From Candidatus Micrarchaeota archaeon (GTDB lineage Archaea > Micrarchaeota > Micrarchaeia > Micrarchaeales > CABMGC01), in NCBI GenBank assembly GCA_027371545.1, contig DAHXMW010000024.1, forward strand, positions 3,139-67,138: DNA of 64,000 nt. Direction: 5' to 3'. The translations under genes were made by a program, and so were the position numbers. Below the pieces are notes generated by a model. That model worked only from the letters and a program-made list of their open reading frames with translations, searched no databases and was not told where the DNA came from. Below, one piece after another: positions 37,601 to 46,335 of the stretch; the stretch's first letter is position 1; every line of letters begins with the position of its first letter.

Positions 37601-37725
37601 CTGCCCAACCTCCATCGAGCAAGAATAATACAGAAGACGCTACCATACTGCCATCAATAATGGCCATAGTGCTCGTCTCAATGGAAGCCGTAGTCTTAAA
37701 TGCTTTCAGAAGGCTATACAAATGA
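34633..37725 (+). CDS. Giant surface protein with repeated Ig/PKD-like modules, two Gly-rich linkers and a C-terminal TM anchor
   Basis: N-terminal signal/anchor helix. Recurring GG(T/S/F)GxYTYxW module heads (VIGGTGPYTYLW, VSGGSGDFEYQW, VTGGFGNYTYTW). C-terminal hydrophobic helix followed by RRLYK. Many NxS/T sequons. Confidence 0.7.
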   Translation: MMGRLIGSEVKPNTLALASVLCILLLAFTYPHSTYHNSYAIYGQQDAANLFPGVHATVINQTYLEFNLTNATNNSSINYIFNYTFNYTSNYTNTHIHAPINEFVSDANTSNSSENTSNWLRGEHIYLFNYFQVGVNSSTNNTYVGNTISLSAIIPPNILNLSSNEFIQYKWVVADGSSCPGFQQNGFGDSSNILNYTPSANSSRCIFGVFVHVHLNGQNRGDNGDAGYGQHTLQNCDDDDEFCNLFGYGESNSIEIQNKQQPLSVTGISVSSNPIDFNQQITLKTTVSGGTPGYSGKLFVAYNSTASNAFVVANQSCINSGSIISCNFANTNSTRRSGSFFFKIMVSDSSGNSINTSISNAVQIESLAIFPNKTTINSGGSVLFANKTGPGSDTYANFAYTVSPSNGVIENGNNFTFNEPGNYSVMLTALGNAQDSSPPANETVEANAIVTVLPALSFGAPNLTIPNSTIDVGQTEEITANVIGGTGPYTYLWTDNGNTLSGTTNTITFTGTYAGTNKISVEVTDSAGRSANALGTVTVNNALISISPQIIKMDLGQKIAFNSFISNSLIIRIKGFNWEFTPNDSTNSLLVCKNTANCTFSPESSGNVMLFVQLGNITLNSTNSIVTVVGNALNVSVSPLYTSIYTGTSAAFTAHVSGGSGDFEYQWYNTTNGVVPIPSATTNTLTVLGDSTGNFTYHVNVTDLETSPINVVESNVASLEVEAQPQSNGGGGAGGGGGSSGGSGGGGGGGGGGGGGNFMPSISKTNSCVSISNFTQLNDVSFILENKSFNIVENFITPTSAGVTVNGVKYTITPGSKTDLINLGNYTLELGSISYVPIIQTITVSICSSASNQPITTTVLPNNNTKTNPTSNKGTGAGKGSGGTSNGGGGNFFVTIRPRSINAKPGELVTFIANVTGGFGNYTYTWYNDSSGNPVEIPGQKNKTLVLVAGNFTGTDKYSVMVSNALYDTRAMSNLTYIVSNTSDKAPHISAQPPSSKNNTEDATILPSIMAIVLVSMEAVVLNAFRRLYK
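36817..36900 (+). repeat. GGN codon tract encoding a 28-residue Gly-rich linker (23 Gly)
   Basis: ggcggtggtggtgcaggcggcggcggaggctcaagcggaggctcaggtggcggtggcggaggaggtggtggcggtggcggaggc, read directly from the sequence. Confidence 0.9.
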
Positions 37726-37750
37726 TTATAACTGGTAAAAAGGTGCAAAC

Positions 37751-38035
37751 ATGAACAAAAGACGCGAATACATGCTGGCATTCGTAGGACTTGCCGCCGT
37801 ACTTATAGCATTGGCATCCTTACTGCTTCTAAACAATGATCTGGCTATTACAGCATCTCTCATAGCTGTAATATCTGTAGTTCTGTCAATATACTACATA
37901 TACCTTGAGGAGGGCGAGATAGTAAAGCAGCAGAAGATAATAATCAAGGAACAGGGCGAGATTGAAAAGAAGCAAAGTGAGATAGAAGAGGAGGAAGAGG
38001 AGATTCACAAGGCTCCGAAAAGGAAGGAAAAATGA
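37751..38035 (+). CDS. Small membrane protein with E/K-rich C-terminal tail
   Basis: 94-aa ORF with two hydrophobic helices, followed by EEGEIVKQQKIIIKEQGEIEKKQSEIEEEEEE. Confidence 0.4.
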   Translation: MNKRREYMLAFVGLAAVLIALASLLLLNNDLAITASLIAVISVVLSIYYIYLEEGEIVKQQKIIIKEQGEIEKKQSEIEEEEEEIHKAPKRKEK

Positions 38036-38131
38036 GGCACAATTCCAAAATGAACTGCAACCTGCCCTTACAGTTACATATTTATATATTATATGATATC
38101 TTATATCACTAAATTTTATCAACGGGATATA

Positions 38132-38323
38132 ATGCTCTGTGAAAATTGTGGAAGCGAGATGCACAAGAAGGAAGTATGCAACTATTGCAAAAAGAACATA
38201 TGCTTTGATTGCGTGAAAAGTTCAAGGAAAGTAAGCAAGACAATGCGCATTGTAATATGCGGTAGATGCTGGAGTGACATAGGAAGGCGGACCGCATTTA
38301 AATCCGCTACTAAGGAAGGCTAA
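38132..38323 (+). CDS. Small zinc-ribbon protein with four CxxC pairs
   Basis: MLCENCGSEMHKKEVCNYCKKNICFDCVKSS...VICGRCWSD. An alternative start lies upstream at 38093. Confidence 0.45.
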   Translation: MLCENCGSEMHKKEVCNYCKKNICFDCVKSSRKVSKTMRIVICGRCWSDIGRRTAFKSATKEG

Positions 38324-41300
38324 GCGTGCTTCATTTTGGATAGCTGTATGCTTGCTCTCGTACCTTCTATCTCAAACTGCGTATACGCTTCTCCTTCTCT
38401 AACACCAAATTCTATTGACTCAAGGTTAAGGTTAGACCTGATATCTTCTGCCTTTTTCTCTATAAGCGCCCTAAGTTCAGGTCCAGCTACATACCTGAGC
38501 GCAGCCTTTTCAGCCTTCCTGAATCCTGCATCTTTCCTGGCAATCTGCACTCTCCTCTCGAATTCCCTGAGAAGGGCTTCATCCATAAGTTCCTGATTCA
38601 GAATGGGATTTACATAAGCTATCCCATACTCGAACGGTATCGCATTCTCCGCTACCGAAGTCTTTACGATCTCGAATGTTTCAGGCCCTACCCTTACCGT
38701 CCCTGAAGAAGTATGAAGGTCAAAATATCCAGCAGCGCTTACTCCTGAGGAGAGCTCTGCAGGGTCGGCATTCTTTATTGCCTCCGCAACGTCTTTTGCG
38801 CGGTCCTTAAACATAGGCCCCAACACGGAGAAGCGCGGGCGCACCTGCACGTGCGCCTTCTCTGCCTTCTTAATCAAAAGTTTCTTAACGTTCGTATACT
38901 CCTCTATCATTCCGGAAATGCGCTCTACCGCAGCAGCATGGATCTCTTCATTAAATTCTACTGTGGCCTCAGCCAGCGGCCACCGGAGCTTGATTCCAGA
39001 TCTGTCCCGGCTGTTCAGTATGGCCGATATTACCGATGATGCTATCTTGAAATCCGCTTCCAAGGAAGCATCGTAAAGGCCGCGTTTTATAGCAGGCCAA
39101 TCCTCAAGGAAAATGCTCTCCGCGCGCTTATACCTCTGCAGATATATGCTCTCGCAGCAGAAAGGCGCTACAGGCGAAAGGATTACGATGGAATTGTAAA
39201 AAATGTAGTCTACAACTCCCATTACGTTTTTTGATTTCTCGCGATTGTACAATATCTTCTTCTTCGCAATCTTCAGGTAAAATCTGCTGAAGTCCTCTAT
39301 AATGAAATTCCTTACTGCTTCTGTGGCAGAGTAGACCTCATAATTGTCTAGGCTTCTCTGCGCCTTATCCAATGTCGCAGTGAATCTTGAGAGTATCCAT
39401 CTCTCCTCCTCGTCAAGCTTCTGCACAGCAGGAACCTTTACTCCTGCTGGCTTATACCCAATTGCCTCCTTGTACTCCTCTACTAGGTTGGCTATATTGT
39501 AAAGCGTATTTATGTTCTTCTCCGCTTCCTTTATCTCTGCCGTATTGAACTGGAGGTCAAGCCACGGCGTATGCATTGAGCACCATATCCTGAAGGAGTC
39601 GGCGCTGGAGATCTTGAGTAGGTCGCTCAACGAGACATAATTGCCCAAGTGCTTATGCATCTGCCTTCCATCTTCAGCGAGAAGCATACCGTCTACTGCA
39701 ACATCCTTGAAAGGCTTCGAGCCATACAGTATAGTAGAAATCTTAAGCTGATAAGAAAACCAGCCCCTTAGCTGGTCTCTGCCTTCAAGTATAAAATTGA
39801 TCGGGAAGAGCTCATCGAATTCCTTCTCCGTGAGGCCTGCGCGGAACGCTATTCCAGAATCAAACCACACATCGAAGACATCGCTTATTCTGCGCATCTC
39901 CCCCCCGCACTGGCATCTTGCAAGTACTCTGTCTATATACGGCTTATGCAGGTCCTTAAGCGCCTGGACCTGGTTTCTATCCACTGCAATATCAGCAAGC
40001 TCATTAAGAGACCCTACAACAACATACTTTCCGCACGATGAGCACTCCCAGATAGGGATTGGTATCCCCCAGTACCTCTGCCTGGATATAGTCCAGTCAG
40101 GAGAATTGGATATTACGTTTGCCTGCCACTCCATCGCTTCCTTCGGATGCCAGGTTACCTTTGCATTCTCGCTTAGTATCTTCTTTTTTACCTTCTGTAT
40201 GTTTATGAACCACTGGTCTGTAGCTATGTATATGAGTTTAGTTCCGCACCTCCAGCAGTGGGGATAGCTATGCTTTACCTTTCCATTGCTAAGGAGATGC
40301 CCGGATTTCAGCAGGTCTTCTATAACCTTCCTGTTGGCTTCCTCTGGCACATCAAGCCCGGCATACTTCCCAGCCTCTGCAGTATACTTTCCATCCATGC
40401 CAACTGGGGAGAAGATGGGAAGCTTCTTCCTTATCCCTACGCTGTAGTCTTCTAGACCGTGGCCAGGTGCCATATGGACAAGCCCGCTTCCTTCCGATGA
40501 GGATACAAGCTCCTCGGCCATTATCACCTTATGGTACTTCCTGAACGAGGCCTGCTTTGGCACAGCCTCTTCCAGCGGATTCAAATAAGCTAAGCCTTCA
40601 AGTTCGCTCCCGTAAAATTCCGCCTCTATAACGGCACTCTCATTCAATTCCGCAACAACTGCATCCATCCTCGCCTTGGCCAGTATGAGCCGCCTGCCGC
40701 CTATAAGCACCCTAACATAAAGCTCCTTTGGGTTAGCAGCTATTGCCATATTCGCAGGCAGTGTCCAAGGCGTAGTAGTCCATACTAGCAGATATGCATC
40801 ACCTTTAGTTACTTCCACGCTCCCTTTTGCCTTGAAGGCAACAAATACGGATGGATCCGTATCCTCCTGATACTCTATCTCAAGGCTTCCCTGCGCAAGC
40901 ACCGTGCCGCAATGCTTGCAGTAAGTCATGGGCCTTAAGCCTTTGTAAAGCAACCCCTTTTCGTTGACCTTCTTTATAAGGCTCCATGCGGTCTCCATGT
41001 ACGCGAAGCGTGAAGGTATGTAAGGGTCTGCAAAATTAAGGGACATGCCGAATCTGTAATAATCGGCGTCCATCCTTCCTATAAGCGATTCTACAAATTC
41101 CCTGCACTTGGATATGAAAACCTCAACCCCTATCCTATCCTCTATATCTTTCTTTGACTTTACGCCTAATGACTCCTCTATCTTATGCTCTATAGGGAGG
41201 CCGTGCACATCATAACCTGCCTTGTCATGCACGTTGAAGCCGCGGTATCTCTTGTACCTCAGAATCACATCTTTTATTGTCTTTACCCATATCTGCCCAG

Positions 41301-41445
41301 GATGCAGGTCTCCGCTGACAAAAGGCGGCCCGTCAAGGAAATAAAATGGCTTTTTGCCCGAATTTTTCTCCCGTATTCTGTCGGCTATCCTGTGCGATTT
41401 CCAATACTCCAGCACCTTCTCCTCGTTGGAAGTTATCTCAATCAT
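38320..41445 (-). CDS. ileS: Isoleucyl-tRNA synthetase
   Basis: Class I signatures are a HIGH-type motif (GDLHPGQIW) and a KMSKS-type motif (KHLGN in place of KMSKS). 1041 aa with an editing domain and a zinc-binding CxxC...CxxC segment. Confidence 0.95.
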   Translation of the reverse strand: MIEITSNEEKVLEYWKSHRIADRIREKNSGKKPFYFLDGPPFVSGDLHPGQIWVKTIKDVILRYKRYRGFNVHDKAGYDVHGLPIEHKIEESLGVKSKKDIEDRIGVEVFISKCREFVESLIGRMDADYYRFGMSLNFADPYIPSRFAYMETAWSLIKKVNEKGLLYKGLRPMTYCKHCGTVLAQGSLEIEYQEDTDPSVFVAFKAKGSVEVTKGDAYLLVWTTTPWTLPANMAIAANPKELYVRVLIGGRRLILAKARMDAVVAELNESAVIEAEFYGSELEGLAYLNPLEEAVPKQASFRKYHKVIMAEELVSSSEGSGLVHMAPGHGLEDYSVGIRKKLPIFSPVGMDGKYTAEAGKYAGLDVPEEANRKVIEDLLKSGHLLSNGKVKHSYPHCWRCGTKLIYIATDQWFINIQKVKKKILSENAKVTWHPKEAMEWQANVISNSPDWTISRQRYWGIPIPIWECSSCGKYVVVGSLNELADIAVDRNQVQALKDLHKPYIDRVLARCQCGGEMRRISDVFDVWFDSGIAFRAGLTEKEFDELFPINFILEGRDQLRGWFSYQLKISTILYGSKPFKDVAVDGMLLAEDGRQMHKHLGNYVSLSDLLKISSADSFRIWCSMHTPWLDLQFNTAEIKEAEKNINTLYNIANLVEEYKEAIGYKPAGVKVPAVQKLDEEERWILSRFTATLDKAQRSLDNYEVYSATEAVRNFIIEDFSRFYLKIAKKKILYNREKSKNVMGVVDYIFYNSIVILSPVAPFCCESIYLQRYKRAESIFLEDWPAIKRGLYDASLEADFKIASSVISAILNSRDRSGIKLRWPLAEATVEFNEEIHAAAVERISGMIEEYTNVKKLLIKKAEKAHVQVRPRFSVLGPMFKDRAKDVAEAIKNADPAELSSGVSAAGYFDLHTSSGTVRVGPETFEIVKTSVAENAIPFEYGIAYVNPILNQELMDEALLREFERRVQIARKDAGFRKAEKAALRYVAGPELRALIEKKAEDIRSNLNLESIEFGVREGEAYTQFEIEGTRASIQLSKMKHA

Positions 41446-41508
41446 AGCGAACAGCCAAATATGAATATTGCGAAGTAATTAATAAATCAATTGCACAAAT
41501 AAATTTTT

Positions 41509-42150
41509 ATGAAGTTAAGAGCGGCAGACGCCACTACGATAATAAGGGTCCTCCTGGGCATCGTTGCTGCGTACATGATAATATACAAAATACTGCCATA
41601 TTTAGTAGTGCTTCTGATAGGTATAGTAATATTCCTTGACGCCATAGACGGTTATTTTGCAGTCCGCGAAGAGACAAAAGGCAGGATAAACCTGCGCGCA
41701 TACCTAAGCTCCATAACAGGGAAGGGCAAGTTTGCGTCAGAAGTAAAGAAGGCAAAACATGGAATATCAAAAAAGCACAAGTATGGTGCCCGCATGGATG
41801 TCGCAGGTGACAGGGTTGTCGAGTATACTTTCTGGATGACATTCACTTACCTGAACATAATACCAATATTAATCCTGTTCATAGTCCTGATAAGGCATTC
41901 ATTCGCAGACGCATTCATGGCATCAAAAGGAACATCATCAAAGCTTAGGAGCCGAGTGGCAAGGGCAGTGTATGCCTCAAACATAGGAAGAGGAGGGATA
42001 AACGTGGTAAAATTTGCAGCGTTCTCGTATCTCGCGCTTGTATACACTGAAAATTATCCCATAGCGATAGGATACGTGCTGACTGCGATTCTGTTGGTAT
42101 ACATACTGTTGCGCGGTGCAGCGGAGATATACGAAAGTACAATGGCATGA
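41509..42150 (+). CDS. CDP-alcohol phosphatidyltransferase family protein (atypical motif spacing)
   Basis: DAIDGYFAVRE ... GARMDVAGDRVVE corresponds to D-x2-DG-x2-A-(x)-R ... G-x3-D-x3-D, but about 38-40 Lys-rich residues separate the two halves. Confidence 0.6.
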   Translation: MKLRAADATTIIRVLLGIVAAYMIIYKILPYLVVLLIGIVIFLDAIDGYFAVREETKGRINLRAYLSSITGKGKFASEVKKAKHGISKKHKYGARMDVAGDRVVEYTFWMTFTYLNIIPILILFIVLIRHSFADAFMASKGTSSKLRSRVARAVYASNIGRGGINVVKFAAFSYLALVYTENYPIAIGYVLTAILLVYILLRGAAEIYESTMA

Positions 42151-42164
42151 GCGGAATGGTATAA

Positions 42165-42875
42165 ATGAGTTCAAAACCAGAAATAAGCGTAATAATACCG
42201 GCTTATAACGAACAGGACTACATAGGAAAGACAATCAAGGGGATAAGGAAGCAGCGCTTCAAGGACTTTGAGGTCATAGTGGTGGATGGGGGAAGTACGG
42301 ACAGGACCAGAGAGATAGCCGGAAGGTATGCAAAGGTAATAGTGGAGAAGCGGAGGGGCATATCAATAGCAAGAAATCGCGGTTCAAAGTTATCAAAGGG
42401 GCGCGTGCTCCTTTTTATTGATGCGGATACCAAGCCTTCTCCTGATCTCCTTCTGGAATATCACAAGGTTTTTAAGGATAACACTGTTGCGGCAGCGACA
42501 GGGCCCATTCTCCCCCTAGAGAAATCCGGAAGGGCGATGCTCTACGGGTATAAGTTTGTCTCTGTCGTATTCGTACGGCTTACAATACTGCTCCATCAGC
42601 CTTCTGTTGTAGGCTCTAATTTCGCAGTAAGCCGCAAGGCCTTCAATTCCGCAGGCGGATTCGATGAGAAGCTCGTTACGTACGAGGATTGGGACCTCTC
42701 AAAAAGGCTGAAAAAATACGGCAAGGTGGTATATTCAAAGAATGCTGTGGTATATACCAGCATAAGGCGCGTAAGGGAGTGGGGCATACTCGGCTACTTC
42801 AAATACCATGTTGGAAACATGTTCAGGTATTACCTTTTCAAGAGCCCGAAGGAGGAATACGACCCCATAAGGTAA
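42165..42875 (+). CDS. Family 2 glycosyltransferase
   Basis: ISVIIPAYNE, VVDGGSTDRT and FIDADT (DxD). Confidence 0.85.
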   Translation: MSSKPEISVIIPAYNEQDYIGKTIKGIRKQRFKDFEVIVVDGGSTDRTREIAGRYAKVIVEKRRGISIARNRGSKLSKGRVLLFIDADTKPSPDLLLEYHKVFKDNTVAAATGPILPLEKSGRAMLYGYKFVSVVFVRLTILLHQPSVVGSNFAVSRKAFNSAGGFDEKLVTYEDWDLSKRLKKYGKVVYSKNAVVYTSIRRVREWGILGYFKYHVGNMFRYYLFKSPKEEYDPIR

Positions 42876-42886
42876 ATTAGCATAGA

Positions 42887-44233
42887 TCAGATTCTCTTCC
42901 TTATCTGCCCGAATATGCGCACCTCGCTACGCTGCGGAGGCATGAAGACCCGCATCCCCTTCCTTGCCATGTTGCGCTTTCTGAATGCATAGTAAACCGT
43001 AACCAACGCCATTATCAGGAGTGTAAGGAAAAGATTGTAAGGGTCCAGGTACGAGACAATGAATATTATGCTCAGCAGTCCTGCTGCGGAGATGCCTGCA
43101 CTGCGCCATACGTTCTTTTCCGCTTTCCTGAACCTTCCCATGCCATATAAAGTGGCCTTCAATGCAGCTATATTAATTATCGCATAGGATACAAGCACAG
43201 CCGCATCGGCAACCTCCACTATGGTTCCAAAGGGAAGGAAAAGCACGAATGCTACGCTTATTGCGGATGAAAGGAGTATGGCATTTATAGGGGTTGCGAA
43301 CCTGTCAAGATGCTTCAGCTCCTTTGGGAGTTCCCCATCCCTTCCCATTGCAAAGAATACTCTTGACGTGCCAAGTATTCCTGTCAGGGTAACTCCTGCC
43401 GTGGCGGTAACGCCGCCGAACGCAACAAGCAGGTCAACCCATTTGTTGTCCAATACGCTTACTGCGGCAGAGAGCGGCGAGCTGGACGAGGCCAGGCCGG
43501 AAGGCCCTATGAGGCCCACTGCTGATACCGATACCAGAAGATACAGGACTGTGGCTATACAAATGGATATTATTATTGCTTTTGGTATTGTCCTTTCCGG
43601 GTCTACGACTTCATCACCTATGGATGTGACCCTGGAAAACCCTGTAAATGCGAAAAATATCAGCGCCGCTCCTTCAAAAACCCCGTAATATCCCTTTTCC
43701 AGAAAATGGGAGAAGTACGCCGGATTGAAATGCGTAAATCCTCCTATGGAGAAGGATACAAGGACGATTACATTTATAACAACAAGTGCTGCTACTGTCT
43801 TTGCAGAATGCTTTACTCCAAGTATATTTACAACCATAAAGGCAAGAATGGCCCCCACTGCGGCAAACTGCACGTTTATAGAGCTTCCAAGTAAAGCGTT
43901 CAGATAACCTGCCAGGCTTAAGGCAACCGCTGCCAATGCTATTATATTTCCGAATATCCACATCAGTCCCCCGCTGAAGCCCGCATACCTTGACAGCGCT
44001 TCCTTTGCATACTCATATACGCCGCCTTCCTTGGCCACATTCCTCGCTATCCTTGAGAAGCTTAACCCTGTCAGTATCGAGATGATTGCCGATATTACTA
44101 TTGCCATTGTTACGGCAGGGCCAGCGTATCCTGATGCTATTCCTATCACTACAAAGATGCCCGCGCCTATTATTGCGCCAAGGTTTATCATCACCGCATC
44201 AAATAGCCCTACCTCTCTCTTAAGCCGCCTCAA
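42887..44233 (-). CDS. APC superfamily amino acid permease
   Basis: 448 aa with about 12 hydrophobic helices and the N-terminal LGAIIGAGIFVV motif. Confidence 0.8.
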   Translation of the reverse strand: MRRLKREVGLFDAVMINLGAIIGAGIFVVIGIASGYAGPAVTMAIVISAIISILTGLSFSRIARNVAKEGGVYEYAKEALSRYAGFSGGLMWIFGNIIALAAVALSLAGYLNALLGSSINVQFAAVGAILAFMVVNILGVKHSAKTVAALVVINVIVLVSFSIGGFTHFNPAYFSHFLEKGYYGVFEGAALIFFAFTGFSRVTSIGDEVVDPERTIPKAIIISICIATVLYLLVSVSAVGLIGPSGLASSSSPLSAAVSVLDNKWVDLLVAFGGVTATAGVTLTGILGTSRVFFAMGRDGELPKELKHLDRFATPINAILLSSAISVAFVLFLPFGTIVEVADAAVLVSYAIINIAALKATLYGMGRFRKAEKNVWRSAGISAAGLLSIIFIVSYLDPYNLFLTLLIMALVTVYYAFRKRNMARKGMRVFMPPQRSEVRIFGQIRKRI

Positions 44234-44378
44234 TATATCTACCTAACAAACGATATGCTAATCTGATCAAACATATTTATACCAGACATAAGGCGGCTTG
44301 AAGTTTTGTGCAAAAGACCTGCATTGGGTTTGTATTATGCGCAGCGAAAACGCATGAAGCATAAGGCCTGCACATACG

Positions 44379-44933
44379 TCAGCCTCTCTTGAAACCCTTC
44401 GCAAGCTCCACATACGTTTCCCAAGGCTCATGCAGCACATCGCCAAGCTTGTACATCTTGCCTGAGTGGTATACGAGTGGGTTCATCCCTTCTACTGCCC
44501 CCTTACCGACAACGCTGCCTATGAACATGAGATGGTCGCCGAGCTCCTTGCTCTCCTTTAGCTTGCATTCCACTTCCATAGCCGAGCCGGAGATCATAAG
44601 GACATCTATATTGGCAGCCCTGTGGAATTTGTATCCCATCGCCTGGAGCATCGCTATCTTGTCGTATTCCCTACCGCTATAATGCCCTGCAAACCTCGCA
44701 GCAAGACCCTGGTCTTCACCGGCTATTCCCACTCCAAATTCCCCTGTCTCTATGATATTCTCCGCAGTAGAGGTGAAGGAATGCAGGTTGAGCATTATAT
44801 AGCCAGGCGAGTAAGATACAATCCTTGCCCATTCTGCTGACATTATGTTGTATCCATATTTGCCTTTAGAGCTGACAAGCCCTATATTCGTAACAAATTT
44901 CCTAGTTTCTAGTGTTCCATATTCCAGATCCAA
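44379..44933 (-). CDS. Flavin reductase-like FMN-binding domain protein
   Basis: NIMSAEWARIVSYSPGYIML...TGEFGVGIAGEDQGLAARFAGHYSGREYDK matches the flavin reductase-like domain pattern. Confidence 0.65.
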   Translation of the reverse strand: MDLEYGTLETRKFVTNIGLVSSKGKYGYNIMSAEWARIVSYSPGYIMLNLHSFTSTAENIIETGEFGVGIAGEDQGLAARFAGHYSGREYDKIAMLQAMGYKFHRAANIDVLMISGSAMEVECKLKESKELGDHLMFIGSVVGKGAVEGMNPLVYHSGKMYKLGDVLHEPWETYVELAKGFKRG

Positions 44934-44986
44934 ATAATCACCGCAAGCATACTAACTGCAATCGCCAGATATCAAATAAGAATAAA

Positions 44987-45070
44987 CGCTGGGTACGAGA
45001 ATCGAACTCGTGTAGGCCTTTCGACCAAACAGGTTAGCAACCTGCCGCCATTCCTCTAGGCGAACCCAGC
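44987..45070 (-). tRNA. tRNA-Ser (anticodon GCU), class II with long variable arm
   Basis: Reverse complement: GCTGGGT...GCAGG-TTGCTAA-CCTGT-[TTGGTCGAAAGGCCTAC]-ACGAG-TTCGATT-CTCGT-ACCCAGC-G. Confidence 0.9.
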
Positions 45071-45078
45071 ATATCGTG

Positions 45079-45371
45079 CAGCAGAAACTAACATTGCATC
45101 ATAAGTTATTATATGGTTTCTATCCCTCTGCTCAGCCCTGTATCTTCAGAGCATAGCCCTTTATACGCATGCCAACTTCCGCTGGAATGCTATGTACTTA
45201 GGGTTGCTCCTTCCGGCCTGGCCCGGTTCATATATAAGGCTACCGCCAAAGGCAAAGCCTCAACGTTTTGGAATAGGCCTATACAATATCCTATAACACT
45301 CTGCTAGCATGCGGCCCGCCTGAAGGGGATTTGCGGAAAGGGAAACCCCTAGCTTCCCGCCTTTCTGCTGC
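45079..45371 (-). ncRNA. Signal recognition particle RNA (archaeal 7S RNA)
   Basis: The conserved helix-8 strand CCAGGCCGGAAGGAGCAACC is present on the minus strand. A 10-bp terminal helix pairs GCAGCAGAAA (45371-45362) with UUUCUGCUGC (45088-45079). The resulting length of ~293 nt is typical for archaea. Confidence 0.8.
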
Positions 45372-45552
45372 ATTACTAATCGCCTATAAAGCCTTAAATA
45401 AATTTGTATATCTTTAACGCACAAATATGCACATTTATATAATGCTTTCTAGTATATCTCTTATCATAATGGATTATTCCTGCCTGCAAATGCGGATTGA
45501 CAATGTGCCATTGGGATTATTGGACTGGCAGGCAAAGTCCATTTAAACAGAA

Positions 45553-45972
45553 TTGGTAAAAATGTCGAAATACGATGAACTTCTGGACCGGGCGTTTTCA
45601 AAGCTCCCAACTCTCTCAGAAGAGAAAGTTGACTTTAAGATACCATCCGCCGAGTGCATAATACAGGGAAACAAGACCCTGCTTAAGAACATATCGCAGA
45701 TGGCAAACGTGGCAAGGAGGAGCCCCGAAGAGATAGGCAAATATTTAACGAAAGAGCTCGCTGCTCCTGTCAGCATATCCGAACAGGGTTTGGTGATAAA
45801 CGCAAAGGTACAATCCGCCTCACTTAACGACAAGATACGGAAATATTTCGAGACCTATATAATATGCAAAGAATGCCACAAGCCTGATACTCATGTAGAA
45901 CACACTGATAGGGGGTATATACTGATAGTCTGCGAGGCATGCGGGGCGCGATACACTGTTAAGAACTACTAG
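45553..45972 (+). CDS. eif2b: Translation initiation factor aIF-2 beta subunit
   Basis: YDELLDRAFSKLP and the C-terminal zinc ribbon CKECHKPDT...CEACGA. Confidence 0.9.
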   Translation: MVKMSKYDELLDRAFSKLPTLSEEKVDFKIPSAECIIQGNKTLLKNISQMANVARRSPEEIGKYLTKELAAPVSISEQGLVINAKVQSASLNDKIRKYFETYIICKECHKPDTHVEHTDRGYILIVCEACGARYTVKNY

Positions 45973-45980
45973 GTAATGCT

Positions 45981-46304
45981 ATGGCGTTTTACAGAAAAAA
46001 ACCGAATAAGAAGCACGGCACAGAAGAAGAGCACAGGCTTATCCTTCCAAGAGAAGACGAGGTCGTAGGGCTTGTAAGCGCAGCACTTGGCGCATCAAAA
46101 TTCATGGTTTTATGCTCGGACAAAAACCAGAGGATATGCTCCATACCCGGCAGGCTTAAGAGGAAATTCTGGATAAAGGAGGGCGACCTGGTAATAGTAA
46201 AGCCGTGGGTTGTGCAGGGCAATGAGAAAGGGGACATAGTCTGGCGATATAGCATAATAGACAGGGAAGGCCTGAAGCAGAGAGGCTTTGAGATACCAGA
46301 GTAG
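45981..46304 (+). CDS. eif1a: Translation initiation factor aIF-1A
   Basis: S1/OB-like core RLILPREDEVVGLVxxALGASKFMVLCSDxxxRICSIPGRLKRKFWIKEGDLVIVKPW. Confidence 0.9.
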   Translation: MAFYRKKPNKKHGTEEEHRLILPREDEVVGLVSAALGASKFMVLCSDKNQRICSIPGRLKRKFWIKEGDLVIVKPWVVQGNEKGDIVWRYSIIDREGLKQRGFEIPE

Positions 46305-46335
46305 CGCCGTGGCCAGTCAAACTGCCGTCTTAGTG

